Shown: piece by piece, positions 18,701 to 27,332 of the stretch
Position numbering within the stretch: the stretch's first letter is position 1
Layout of the letters: each line of letters begins with the position of its first letter
Assembly (NCBI GenBank): GCA_963665325.3
Contig: OZ224045.1
Coordinates: 1,504,001 to 1,568,000 of the forward strand
Source: Alphaproteobacteria bacterium
GTDB lineage: Bacteria > Pseudomonadota > Alphaproteobacteria > Bin95
Reading direction: 5' to 3'
Length of the DNA stretch: 64,000 nt
Translations under genes and position numbers: made by a program
The notes under the pieces: model-generated
Databases searched by the model: none
What the model saw: only the letters and a program-made list of their open reading frames with translations
What the model was told of the DNA's origin: nothing

Positions 18701-19409
18701 GGCGCTCGGCGATGTCGCGGGTGACCTCGGCGCTCCGCCGGGCGGGGTCGAGCGACTGCGGGTCGGTCCAGACTGCCCGCAACCGGGCGCGGATAGCCGG
18801 ATCGCGCAGGCTCGCCAGCGGAATGGAATAGCCCTCGCGATCCGGAAATTGGGCATAATTCTTCCCCTGGCCGGAGAAGTCGGCATAGACCTCGAAGACG
18901 TGTCCGACATCGACGACGAGGATGAAAGGCGGCCAACCGTGCTCCGCCGGCAGGGCGCGGGCATAGCCCTCCGCCTGTTGTTTGGCGGCGCTCATCGTCC
19001 GGTCCCAGCCGCGTGTGCCGCGCGTCGCCGCGCCTGCCTTCGCCTGCATGGCATCCTCGGAAAGCATGTCCGTCTGGCGTGGGTCTGCGGTGTTCTTCGC
19101 CTTCCGCTTGGCGGACTGCTTCGCCTCCATGACGAAGCTGCCGCGCCGGTAAAGGTCGATCCTTCCCGGCGTCGTGCTGCCGTCGTCATGCTTGAAGTCG
19201 ATGCGCCGCTCGAACACATAATTGTTGTATGCGTTCTGCGTTAGTGACGGTTCGGGTTCCGGCAGGCGGAGCAGACGGCAGAGTTCGCCGGCGAATGTCT
19301 GGAAGTTGGCCAATTCCGAGCCGCCGGATTCCCGCCAGCGGTCGATGAGGGCGTCGATATCGGCGGCGGCGACGCCGTCCTCGGGCATTTCGGTTTCCGA
19401 GCCTGTCAC
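15777..19409 (-). CDS. MmeI-like type IIL restriction-modification fusion (nuclease-methyltransferase-TRD)
   Basis: IDLY...VMEAK PD-(D/E)xK, GAHYTP, VLDPACGTGNF, VVGNPPF, C-terminal TRD and L..LN.ERA motif. Confidence 0.92.
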   Translation of the reverse strand: MTGSETEMPEDGVAAADIDALIDRWRESGGSELANFQTFAGELCRLLRLPEPEPSLTQNAYNNYVFERRIDFKHDDGSTTPGRIDLYRRGSFVMEAKQSAKRKAKNTADPRQTDMLSEDAMQAKAGAATRGTRGWDRTMSAAKQQAEGYARALPAEHGWPPFILVVDVGHVFEVYADFSGQGKNYAQFPDREGYSIPLASLRDPAIRARLRAVWTDPQSLDPARRSAEVTRDIAERLARIARSLEDRGHHPEEVAEFLMRCLFTMFAEDVGLLPEKGFETLLGRMVDTPQHFAPALESLWQVMDEGGYAPHLNATVRRFNGSLFRKRTAIPLEANEIRELRIAAGRDWRDVEPAIFGALLERALDKRERGELGAHYTPRAYVERLVVPTIIEPLRADWEAALAEAHALDEAGDRDAALNRVKDFHHKLCTTRVLDPACGTGNFLYVSLELMKRLEGEALDALEGLGENAPRFVMEGETVGPRQFYGLELNPRAVAIADLVLWLGYLKWQLRTFPLDRIAEPVLHAYGTIREQDAVLAWDRQEVLRGEDGKPLSRWDGVTMKLHPITGEEIPDPDAQVELYRYENPRPAEWPEAEFVVGNPPFIGGKDMRLKLGDGYAEACWKARKKVPGGADFVMHFWDEAAARLLGKPRKGGINPLRRFGFITTNSVTQTFSRRVIERHMEAKEPLALAYAVPDHPWLKAVDKAAVRIAMTVAVRGGSEGRLAAVVREDGLNTDTPLVELRERNGRIAGNLKVGADITAVRPLLANDMISSPGVKLHGAGFKVTPRQAEALGLGSVPGLEKHILPYRNGQDLARHPRGVMVVDLWPLSAKQVREQFPRVYQHVLDHVKPDRDQNNRRTYRDNWWIFGEPRSDLRPVLEPLDRYIATSETSKHRFFQFLDANIRPDNMLVCIGSDAASLLAVLSSRVHVHWSIEAGGWLGMGNDPRYSKSRTFDPMPFPALDGQNNLAPVLADLGERLDSFRKERLAERNFLTMTALYNVLERVRELDNGCEVPALTPKEREAHETGLVSVLKEIHDDIDRGVFEAYGWADLAPALIGRPGATMPSPHKTPEQEEAEEELLARLVALNRERAEEEQVGTVRWLRPDYQIPKLGHKAKGHQEEADLAAPKAAKGKPAWPREELARIRALRDMLDRAAAPAGAAALSEAFKGKDSPRRCKAVEKTLETLAAAGAAQRTADGPDGENRYFIPR

Positions 19410-19622
19410 TCTACCAAGAACCTGGGATATCGGGTTCCGGCATTAACGACCGTCAGGTGATCGGGACCGGCGATTGTCATGCAGCAGGCCGCTGAAGCGC
19501 GATTGACGGAGGCCACGTCAGACGAGGATAGCACATCGTGCGTACTCCGGGACGCACCGTGGACAAATCCTCGGAGAACACCGAATGTCAGCTGACCAAT
19601 TCAGCCGGAATTTGCCGGCTTG

Positions 19623-19886
19623 TCAGTTTGCGCGAGGCTCCACGATCACCCGTCCACGACCCCGGCGAACGATATAGCCGCCGCGCCGGATCATGAGCTT
19701 GCCGTCCTGAATGAGGCCCCATAACGCATCGCGGATAACCTCCGCGTTCGTGTCGGTCTCCGGCGCTTCAACCGATTGGGCGAGCCACTTGGCGAATGCC
19801 TCGTCGGCAATGGCGGGGCCCACTGACTTGCGAAGGGCATTGAGCTTTCGGAGTTGGCCCTTCTTCAGGGCGGTTTCGTCGATCAT
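19623..19886 (-). CDS. Small basic hypothetical protein, possibly DNA-binding
   Basis: 87 aa, helical N-part and basic beta-hairpin-like C-terminus (IRRGGYIVRRGRGRVIVE); divergent from the relaxase. Confidence 0.65.
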   Translation of the reverse strand: MIDETALKKGQLRKLNALRKSVGPAIADEAFAKWLAQSVEAPETDTNAEVIRDALWGLIQDGKLMIRRGGYIVRRGRGRVIVEPRAN

Positions 19887-20135
19887 GAGGCGTTGCCAAT
19901 TGTCCGGTCATGGGGTTGCTGTAGACAGACGGCTCAAGGTCTGAGCCGTGGCGAATATATCCGATTCCTCCGCCCGACATGACAGCTTTTTCTCATGGCC
20001 GGAATCGAGGCAACTGTTGCTCCGAAAGAGGTTGCCCGTGCGACTCGGAACGGCCGCCGTACACCCTGTCGCGACGCATGGCCGGTCGCTGCCAACAACT
20101 ATGAGCGCACGGTCTTTCCCGTCTAGAATGGTGTC

Positions 20136-23100
20136 ATGGTCGCGACGGTGACGAATATCGGCTCGGCGAGTTCGACGGTCCACTATTTCGAGCAGGACGG
20201 CTACTACGCGAAGGGGGACCCGGAGCACCGCAAGGCGAGCTTCTGGCACGGGGAGGCGGCGCAGGCGCTGGGCCTGGGGCGGCACGTGTCGCCGAAGCGC
20301 TTCAATGCGATCCTTGAGGGCCATGTGCCGGGGACGGGGCTGCGCCTCGGCCGCATGCGCGACGGCGGGCACCAGCACCGTCCGGGATTGGACGTCACGC
20401 TGTCGGCACCGAAGTCGGTGTCGCTGGCGGCTCTGCTGCACGGCGACAAGCGAGTGATCCGCGCGCATGACAAGGCGGTGCGGGCGGCGCTGGACCGGGT
20501 GGAGGCGGAGCTGTTGAAGACGCGGGGCTGGGACCCCGCAACGCGGCGCCGCCCGCGCGTGAAGGCGCACGGCATGGTGGCGGCGACCTTCCGGCATCTG
20601 GCGAGCCGCAACCTGGACCCGCAGCTGCACACGCATTGCGTGGTGGCGAACATGACCCGGAACGGCGCCGGGGAGTGGCGGAGCATCGAGGCGACGGCGA
20701 TCCGGCGCAACAGGAAGCTGATCGGGGCGCATTACCGCAACGAGCTGGCGCGGCGGCTTCAGGAGATGGGCTACGAGACCGTGCCGACGATGATCGGGCC
20801 GGTGCCGGGCTTCGAGCTTGCGGGCTATGACCGGGAAATGCGCGACGCGTTCTCGACCCGGCGCCGCGACATCCTTGAGGACATAAAGAAACGGGGCGGC
20901 CCCTACAGCGCGGCCAGGGCGCAGCAGGCGGCGCTCTTCACGCGGCGGCGCAAGGCGGAGCCGGCCATGCATCTGCTGCGGCGGATATGGCGGCGGCGTG
21001 CCCGCGAGGCCGGCCTGCTGCCCCGCGAGGCGGCAGCACGGGCAAGGCGCGAGCGGCGGGACAGGCGGCAGGCAGACGCGCGCCCCGTTCTGCCGGTGCT
21101 TGAAGCGGTCTGGCGGGCGGTGGAACATCTGGAGGAGCGGTCGTCGGTATTCGCGGCGGGCGACATTGCGGCGCATGCGCTCGGCCAGGCGCCCGGGCGG
21201 TATTCGGTCGAGGAGGCGGAAGCGGCGATCGAAGCATTGCGCCGTGACGGTCATCTGGTTGAAGCGGTACTGCGCGGGGCGGACCGGGCCTTCGTCACCG
21301 ACCGGGCGCTCAGGGCCGAGCGCGGCAATATCGGCTGGATGCGCGACGGCGCCGGCGCCGGGCAGGCGGCGGCGGACGGGGCGGCGGTGGAGACGGAACT
21401 GGCGGCCGGCCTGCTGACGGAAGGCCAGCGCGAGGCGGTGCGCACGATCCTGCTGTCGTGCGACCGTGTGGTGGGCGTGCAGGGCCATGCGGGCACGGGC
21501 AAGACGACCATGCTGCGCGAAATGGCGCGACTCGCGGGCGAGCGAAAGGTGGTGGGTCTCGCGCCGTCGAAGGCGGCGGTGCGGGCGCTGGAGCGGGAGG
21601 CGGGCATTCCGGCGCGGACGCTGCAATGGTTCCTGGCGCGCCACCGGGATATCGGCGACCGGATGGCGAGCCCGGAGCGGCTGGCCGAGGCGCGGCTCGC
21701 GTTCGGCGGTGCGGTGCTGGTGGTGGACGAGGCGTCCATGGTGAGCGCGGCGCAGATGCGCCAGACGATGCGCATTGCCGAGCGGATCGGGATCGCGCGC
21801 CTGGCACTTGTCGGCGACAGCGGGCAGCTGCGTTCGGTCGAGGCCGGTCAGCCCTTCCGGCAACTTCAGCAGGCGGGCATGGCGACGGCGCGCATGGACG
21901 AGATCCTGCGCCAGCGCGACCCGGACCTGCACGAAGCGGTCGTGGCCATACGGGAGGGGGAGCCTGCCGAGGCCATGGGCCGCCTCGGCGACAATGTCCA
22001 CGAGGCGGAAGCGGACGAGCTCGGCGAGGCGGCGGCCCGGCTCTGGCTCTCGCTCCATCCCGAGGCGCGCGCCCGGACGGCGATCCTGGCGCCGACCCAT
22101 GCGCTCAGGGAGGACATCAACGAGGCGGTGCGCGAGGGGCTTCGCGACGAGGGCGTGCTGCACGGGCGGGTTCTGGAGATCGAGCGGCTGGTCGGCCTAG
22201 GGCTCACGCGCGCGCAGAAGGCCGATATCGCCAGCTACCGCCCCGGCGACGTGCTGGTCTTCCACAACGACATTTATCAGTTCCGGGTGAAGACGGACGA
22301 TGCCTGCACGGTGACGGAAACCGATCGTGGACAGGTATCGCTGCATCATCCCGACGGGCGGCCGCGCCGGATCGATCCCTCGGACCCGATCCGCTACCGC
22401 TACGAAGTCTACGAGACGCGCCCGATCCGCCTTCAGGCGGGCGACCGCATCCGGTGGACGCGCAATGACGGGAAGCGCGGCCTGGTCAATGGCGACGAGG
22501 CGGAGATCCTCTCCATTGGCTACCGGTTCGTGAAGCTGGAGACGGATGACGGCCTCACCCTGTCACTGCGCCGGGACGATCCGCAGCTGCGCCATGTCGA
22601 CCATGCCTGGAGCGCGACCCTGCATGCGGCGCAGGGCACGACCCGCGACAATGTCATCGCAGTGCTGGACTCGGGCCATGACGCGCCTGTGGACCGGGCG
22701 GCGTTCTATGTCGGGATCAGCCGGGCGCGCGACAATGCGGTGGTGCTGACCGACAACCGCGAGGACCTTGTCGAGGCGCTGGAGGAACATGCGGGCCTGC
22801 CGATGACGGCGCTGGAGGCGGTGGGCGAGGAGATCGCCCCGCCTGTGCCCTTGCCTATCCCGGAGCACGAGGCGGTGTGGCCGGAGCTTTCCGCCTGGCG
22901 CGCGCTGGAGGAGGAGGCGCGGCAGCAGGGCACGATCCCGTATTATATGGAGGGATGCGCGGAGGCGGTCGAACGGCTTGCCGAGCTTGGCCGCGCCCCC
23001 GGCATATCGGCAGGTATCGCCGCCGAGGCGAAACGCGCGGCCGAGACGCACGAAGCGGCAGCCGCGGCCCGCGCCGCCCTCGACCGGCTGCATGAGAAAC

Positions 23101-24464
23101 TCGAGGCCGAAATCGCCGGGCGGACCGGCCTTACCGACAGGACCGGCGACCGCGGGCGCGACTACGAGCTCTGGTGCGCGGGGGAGCTGAAGCTCCGGGC
23201 CGAGGCGGACGGGATCGCCGGAGAGGAGGAACGCTACCGGCCGCATCTCAACGCCTTGCCGGCGATTCGCGACGGCATCGCAGAAGCTTGCGAGAAGCTG
23301 AAGGGCATCCTCGAAGCGGACAAGGCCGTGCTCCCCATCCTGGATGACTGGAGGGCGCTGGACGGGCGCGCGAGGGAGGCCGGAACGCACTGGTTCCACG
23401 AAGACGGCCGCGAGGACGTGCTCAGCCGCATTGAAACGGTGCCGGAACTGCCGCACATGGACGCCGCCCTGCGCACGGGCCTTGCCGCCATTGTCGCGGA
23501 GGGACGCGGCATCGCCGCCGCGGAAGACAGGTTCAGGCCGCTCGCAAAGAGGCTCCGCGACTGCGTGGAGAAGCGCCAGCGCCTGATCGAGAGGACCGGG
23601 GAACTCAGGGCGACATATTCGCTCGATTCGCGACTTGAGACCTGGCGTGAGGAGGCGGGCCGCCTCCTGGACGAGGCGCGGGACCTGCTGGATGCAGGCG
23701 GCTCGTTCGCGCATGCCGGCGCCCTGCCGGACCTGCGCGACGGCATTGCGGCGGACCGCAGGTTGCTGACGGACGCGGTCTGGCTTGACCGGCGCCTTGC
23801 GGCATGCCTGCTGGAGAGGCGGGAGATCGCGAGGCGGGAGAGCGAGGGGCCGCTCTTCTACCGCGAGGGCAATGAGGAGGTCGTGCTGCGCATGCGGCTG
23901 ATGGCGATGGAGCCGGAGCTGAACGGGGACACGCGCGCGCTCCTCGACCGGCTGGTCGCGGAGCATGACAGGGAGGCGGCGGCACGCTCGGAGGTGGAGG
24001 GCCTCGTCCGGGACCTCGGCTCCGCCCTGGAGGCGCGTGAGCAGCTGTCGGACGTCACCGCGCCGCGCGGCAGGAGCCTGACGGAGGACGGGGCGAGCTA
24101 CCGGATCTGGTCGGAGGTGGCGCGGCAGCTCTGCAGGACGGCAGAGCGGATTCTCGGAGAGGAGCGGTATGCCGTTCACCTGGACCGTATCGAGGGCGCG
24201 CGCGAGGCCATCGGACGGGACGGGAAGAGGCTCTCGCAGGCGCTGGAGACCGATGCGGCTTACGGCAGGATCGCCCCGAAGCTCGGCCGCTACGACCTGG
24301 GCGGTCCCGAACGGAGAAGGGTCGCCGGGGAGGCCCGGCGGCTGCTGACGCGCCCGGAACTGGACCCCGGCGCCCGCAAGAGGCTCGAACGGCAGGTCGG
24401 CATCCACGATGCGGCCCGGCGGCAGGACCGCAGCCGCGATATCGGCGGCGGCATGACGCCCTGA
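20136..24464 (+). CDS. mobF: MOBF (TrwC/TraI-like) conjugative relaxase-helicase with long C-terminal extension
   Basis: YFEQDGYY tyrosines, DVTLSAPKSVS, FRHLASRNLDPQLHTH, FSTRR; helicase GHAGTGKT, DEASM, HAAQGTT, YVGISRAR. Confidence 0.95.
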   Translation: MVATVTNIGSASSTVHYFEQDGYYAKGDPEHRKASFWHGEAAQALGLGRHVSPKRFNAILEGHVPGTGLRLGRMRDGGHQHRPGLDVTLSAPKSVSLAALLHGDKRVIRAHDKAVRAALDRVEAELLKTRGWDPATRRRPRVKAHGMVAATFRHLASRNLDPQLHTHCVVANMTRNGAGEWRSIEATAIRRNRKLIGAHYRNELARRLQEMGYETVPTMIGPVPGFELAGYDREMRDAFSTRRRDILEDIKKRGGPYSAARAQQAALFTRRRKAEPAMHLLRRIWRRRAREAGLLPREAAARARRERRDRRQADARPVLPVLEAVWRAVEHLEERSSVFAAGDIAAHALGQAPGRYSVEEAEAAIEALRRDGHLVEAVLRGADRAFVTDRALRAERGNIGWMRDGAGAGQAAADGAAVETELAAGLLTEGQREAVRTILLSCDRVVGVQGHAGTGKTTMLREMARLAGERKVVGLAPSKAAVRALEREAGIPARTLQWFLARHRDIGDRMASPERLAEARLAFGGAVLVVDEASMVSAAQMRQTMRIAERIGIARLALVGDSGQLRSVEAGQPFRQLQQAGMATARMDEILRQRDPDLHEAVVAIREGEPAEAMGRLGDNVHEAEADELGEAAARLWLSLHPEARARTAILAPTHALREDINEAVREGLRDEGVLHGRVLEIERLVGLGLTRAQKADIASYRPGDVLVFHNDIYQFRVKTDDACTVTETDRGQVSLHHPDGRPRRIDPSDPIRYRYEVYETRPIRLQAGDRIRWTRNDGKRGLVNGDEAEILSIGYRFVKLETDDGLTLSLRRDDPQLRHVDHAWSATLHAAQGTTRDNVIAVLDSGHDAPVDRAAFYVGISRARDNAVVLTDNREDLVEALEEHAGLPMTALEAVGEEIAPPVPLPIPEHEAVWPELSAWRALEEEARQQGTIPYYMEGCAEAVERLAELGRAPGISAGIAAEAKRAAETHEAAAAARAALDRLHEKLEAEIAGRTGLTDRTGDRGRDYELWCAGELKLRAEADGIAGEEERYRPHLNALPAIRDGIAEACEKLKGILEADKAVLPILDDWRALDGRAREAGTHWFHEDGREDVLSRIETVPELPHMDAALRTGLAAIVAEGRGIAAAEDRFRPLAKRLRDCVEKRQRLIERTGELRATYSLDSRLETWREEAGRLLDEARDLLDAGGSFAHAGALPDLRDGIAADRRLLTDAVWLDRRLAACLLERREIARRESEGPLFYREGNEEVVLRMRLMAMEPELNGDTRALLDRLVAEHDREAAARSEVEGLVRDLGSALEAREQLSDVTAPRGRSLTEDGASYRIWSEVARQLCRTAERILGEERYAVHLDRIEGAREAIGRDGKRLSQALETDAAYGRIAPKLGRYDLGGPERRRVAGEARRLLTRPELDPGARKRLERQVGIHDAARRQDRSRDIGGGMTP

Positions 24465-24467
24465 GGG

Positions 24468-24920
24468 TCAGCTGTCCGGCCGGCGGGCCTTTGCGGCGTA
24501 TTGCCGGGCGAGCTCCGAACCCCGGGCCTCGCCGAAGGCGTCCCGGAGCAGGCCGCGCATCCGCTCTTCCTGGCCCATCTCGATCATGTCGGTCATGAGC
24601 CGTTCGAGCAGCACGCCGAGCACCGCCGGCAGTTCCGCCATGCCCGCCGGATCGGGCGGGGCCGGACCCAGCCACCGCTCGGCGATGCCCGCAACGCGGT
24701 CGTGCAGTTGCCGCTGTTCTTCCTGTCCGAGGATGAGGGAGGGCGGCGAGGCAGCCTCGTCTTCGGCAGCATCGAGGTCGACCGTCAGGCCGCGCTCGAT
24801 GACGAAGGGCGAGAGGTTCATGCCGGCTTCCGCCGCGCGCTTGCCGATTTCCTCCCTCTGCCAGTCGGTGCAGGAGAAGGAGCGCACGATCTTCTTCGGC
24901 CCGGAGCGCGGACGCCTCAT
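24468..24920 (-). CDS. RHH/MobC-like protein (third of three)
   Basis: IVRSFSCTDWQREEIGKRAAEAGMNLSPFVIERGL; ATGA overlap with the upstream gene. Confidence 0.75.
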   Translation of the reverse strand: MRRPRSGPKKIVRSFSCTDWQREEIGKRAAEAGMNLSPFVIERGLTVDLDAAEDEAASPPSLILGQEEQRQLHDRVAGIAERWLGPAPPDPAGMAELPAVLGVLLERLMTDMIEMGQEERMRGLLRDAFGEARGSELARQYAAKARRPDS

Positions 24921-25237
24921 GCCGCCTCTCCCGGTTCTTCGGACGCCAGCAGTCGGCAGAGGAGCGCGACCGCCTCGAAGGCGGACATGTCCATGCCCGG
25001 CAGCGGCGCCAGCATGGTCCGGCTGCAAAGGTCGAGCCGCGCTACCCGGTCGTGGAGTTCCCGCTGTTCCTCCCCCGTCAGCACGAGAGCCTGTCCCGTA
25101 CGGGGCTCCGCATCGCTCTTCAGCGCGCAGGCGACCAGGAACGGCGAGACCTTCATGCCCGCCGTCTTCGCCCGCGCCTGGATGCGCGACCACTCCGCCG
25201 GCGTCGGATAGAGGCAGCGCGACTTCGCCTGCTTCAT
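24917..25237 (-). CDS. RHH/MobC-like protein (second of three)
   Basis: SRCLYPTPAEWSRIQARAKTAGMKVSPFLVACAL; ATGA overlaps on both sides. Confidence 0.75.
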   Translation of the reverse strand: MKQAKSRCLYPTPAEWSRIQARAKTAGMKVSPFLVACALKSDAEPRTGQALVLTGEEQRELHDRVARLDLCSRTMLAPLPGMDMSAFEAVALLCRLLASEEPGEAA

Positions 25238-25563
25238 GCCAGTTCCTCCTGCCGGTCCAGCCAGGCGTCCACTTCGGCCGCCAGCGCCGCGCGCTCCTCC
25301 GACACATGCTGGCCGGCCATACGCTGTTCTTCGATGCGGCCGAGCAGCAGCACCTCACGCGCCACCTGCCGCCAGATCTGCGCCGGCAGCCCGCCCGGCC
25401 CCCGGTCCGGCGGCGGGCCCGGGTCCGCCTCCACCAGCCGGTGGACGATGAAGCGCGAGACCGGCATGCCCGCCTCCTTCGCCCGCGTCTTCAGCCGGAG
25501 CCACTCGCTGTCGGTCACTGTAATGGCGTGCTGGCGCCGCCGGTCCTCCCTGTCCCTCGTCAT
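25234..25563 (-). CDS. RHH/MobC-like protein (first of three)
   Basis: QHAITVTDSEWLRLKTRAKEAGMPVSRFIVHRLV; AAGGACGAAGG upstream. Confidence 0.75.
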   Translation of the reverse strand: MTRDREDRRRQHAITVTDSEWLRLKTRAKEAGMPVSRFIVHRLVEADPGPPPDRGPGGLPAQIWRQVAREVLLLGRIEEQRMAGQHVSEERAALAAEVDAWLDRQEELA

Positions 25564-25626
25564 GACCTTCGTCCTTTCCCGTCATCGCCTGTATTTTGTC
25601 AACGGTGCCGCCGCTGGGGGAATGCC

Positions 25627-26310
25627 ATGACCGACAAACCGCCCGAAACCGCTCTCGACCGCCTGAGGGCGGGGCTGAACCGCCGGAACGATCCGCCGTC
25701 CCCCACGCCGGTTCCTGAATCCTCCCCGGGCCCCTCGAAACCGGTCGCCGCCGCACCGCCGCCGGTCGAGCCGGCCCCCATCGACGAGCCGGCGCCACGG
25801 ATGCCGGAGACGCCGTTGATCGCCCGCGACGAACAACCCCAAACCGGACCGGAGCCGCAGACCGTGAACGCCGCCCGGCTGCGCGCCATGCAGGAAACCC
25901 TCGACCGCCAGAAAGTCAGCCACCGCAAGGAACTCCTCGGAACCCGCCTCCGGACCAACCTGGTGTGGGCAACGATCGTCGCACTCATGTCCGCTGTTAT
26001 CGCCGCCGCCACATACCTCCCGGCCTTCCCCATGCAGGACGACTGGTTTCGGGGCACCTGGCCCTGGCGCGCCCATGTCTGGAACCGGTACGGCGGCGCC
26101 GCCATCTGGTGCATCAACGAGGCCCGCAAGACGAAAGGGCCGCAGCCCTTTGTCTGCCAGATCAATTTCACAACAGACGGCCCCGATTGTCCCCGGCCCA
26201 AGACAAGGGACGTCACCGCCGCGTATCTCTGCCCGCCTTGGGAGACGACCTGGCCGACCGACCCCGCGCCGCGCTGGAGCGCCGATGGCCCGCCGCAGTG
26301 GAGCCGGTGA
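25627..26310 (+). CDS. Hypothetical single-pass membrane protein (Pro-rich N-terminus, Cys/Trp-rich C-domain)
   Basis: GGGGGA RBS-like sequence then MTDKPPETALDRL; TM segment LVWATIVALMSAVIAAATYL; four Cys in the C-terminal part. Confidence 0.6.
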   Translation: MTDKPPETALDRLRAGLNRRNDPPSPTPVPESSPGPSKPVAAAPPPVEPAPIDEPAPRMPETPLIARDEQPQTGPEPQTVNAARLRAMQETLDRQKVSHRKELLGTRLRTNLVWATIVALMSAVIAAATYLPAFPMQDDWFRGTWPWRAHVWNRYGGAAIWCINEARKTKGPQPFVCQINFTTDGPDCPRPKTRDVTAAYLCPPWETTWPTDPAPRWSADGPPQWSR

Positions 26311-26680
26311 GCCGCGGGCGGCAGCATATTGCTCCAGTGGCGCCCGCCACAGCACAACAATTGGCCCATATTTCCAACGAAATTACCCATAGTAAGCCAT
26401 AGGCAAAATTATCGACATATATTCCATACATGGCAGATTTCGGTCCAAATCCCCTATGAGCCAATGTAGATCCATTCACTTGAACTGTTGCCTCCGGAAT
26501 ACACATCCAGTTCCCCGAATGCAACAGAATGGCTCTCGGAAATGCTGCTGATTAGTTCGCAAGATAACTCGGATTGTATCTTGACATGCATTTTAAGACA
26601 CTGTATTCATGATCGAAATGGGAGAACGATGACGCTGTGGCCAAACATGAAGCAATCCTGAAAAATAGTTGTTTTGTGTT

Positions 26681-26690
26681 ACACCGAGCA
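26681..26690 (+). repeat. attR-like core ACACCGAGCA
   Basis: Sits at the abrupt AT-rich to GC-rich transition where the DUF4392 frame resumes (T-E-Q-Q-D-A). Confidence 0.8.
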
Positions 26691-27261
26691 ACAGGACGCC
26701 ATCGCCGCAGAACTGGATGTCGCGGTGGCCGTGGAGCGCCACGGCGGCAACCCGCACGGCAATCTATACGGCGTCACCGGAACGCCCCGGCATACCTTCC
26801 GGGCGAACGTGGACCACCTGTTCGGGACGGTGGCCGCGTCCGGCAAGCCGACCCTCGGGGTCGGGGACGGCGGCAATGAGGTCGGCTTCGGCAGGATCTA
26901 CGACACGCTTTGCGCCCGCATGCCGGAATACAACCTGAAGGAGAAGACCGCGTGCGGCGGCGGCATCTTCACGGTGATGCCGACCGACGTGCTGGTCGTC
27001 GGAACGTCGTCCAATATCGGATGCTACGGCGTTGTCGCGGCGCTCGCGCTCAGGCGAGGCGAACTGGAGCTTTGCCACACGCCGGACGAAGAGCGCGCCA
27101 TCACCGCCTACGGCGTCGAGCTCGGGCTGACCGACGGGGGCAGCGGGACGGTGATCGCCGCCGTGGATGGCGTGCCCGTGGACGACAATGCGGCTGTCGT
27201 CCACCTCATGCGGGCGGTGGTCCGCCGCGCGCTTTCCCGGCCCGGCGACCGGGGTTTCTAG
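26687..27261 (+). pseudogene. 3' fragment of the D-glutamate cyclase-like (DUF4392) gene
   Basis: VAVERHG, TLGVGDGGNEVGFG, SSNIGCYG, VDG motifs; no RBS or convincing start of its own. Confidence 0.88.
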
Positions 27262-27332
27262 GGCGCAATACCGGCAGCGGTTGATCGGAACCGATAGCGA
27301 GGGCGCCTCTGCCGTCGGCCCGGTCCTCTATC

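Larger units (their letters stand above)
4071..26686. mobile_element. ~22.6 kb integrative mobilizable element (dual tyrosine integrase + MOBF relaxase)
   Basis: Bounded by ACACCG(C/A)GCA at 4065-4074 and 26681-26690; splits a host gene in frame; integrases at the left end, relaxase/RHH genes at the right; AT-rich ends; no T4SS genes seen. Confidence 0.88.

Noticed and set aside
24586-25626. Long N-terminal extension of the 24586-26310 ORF
   Set aside because: Antisense to the three RHH genes; a plausible RBS and start lie at 25627.
26311-26600. AT-rich stretch with short minus-strand ORFs
   Set aside because: No consistent frame or recognisable motif; treated as element end or decayed DNA.
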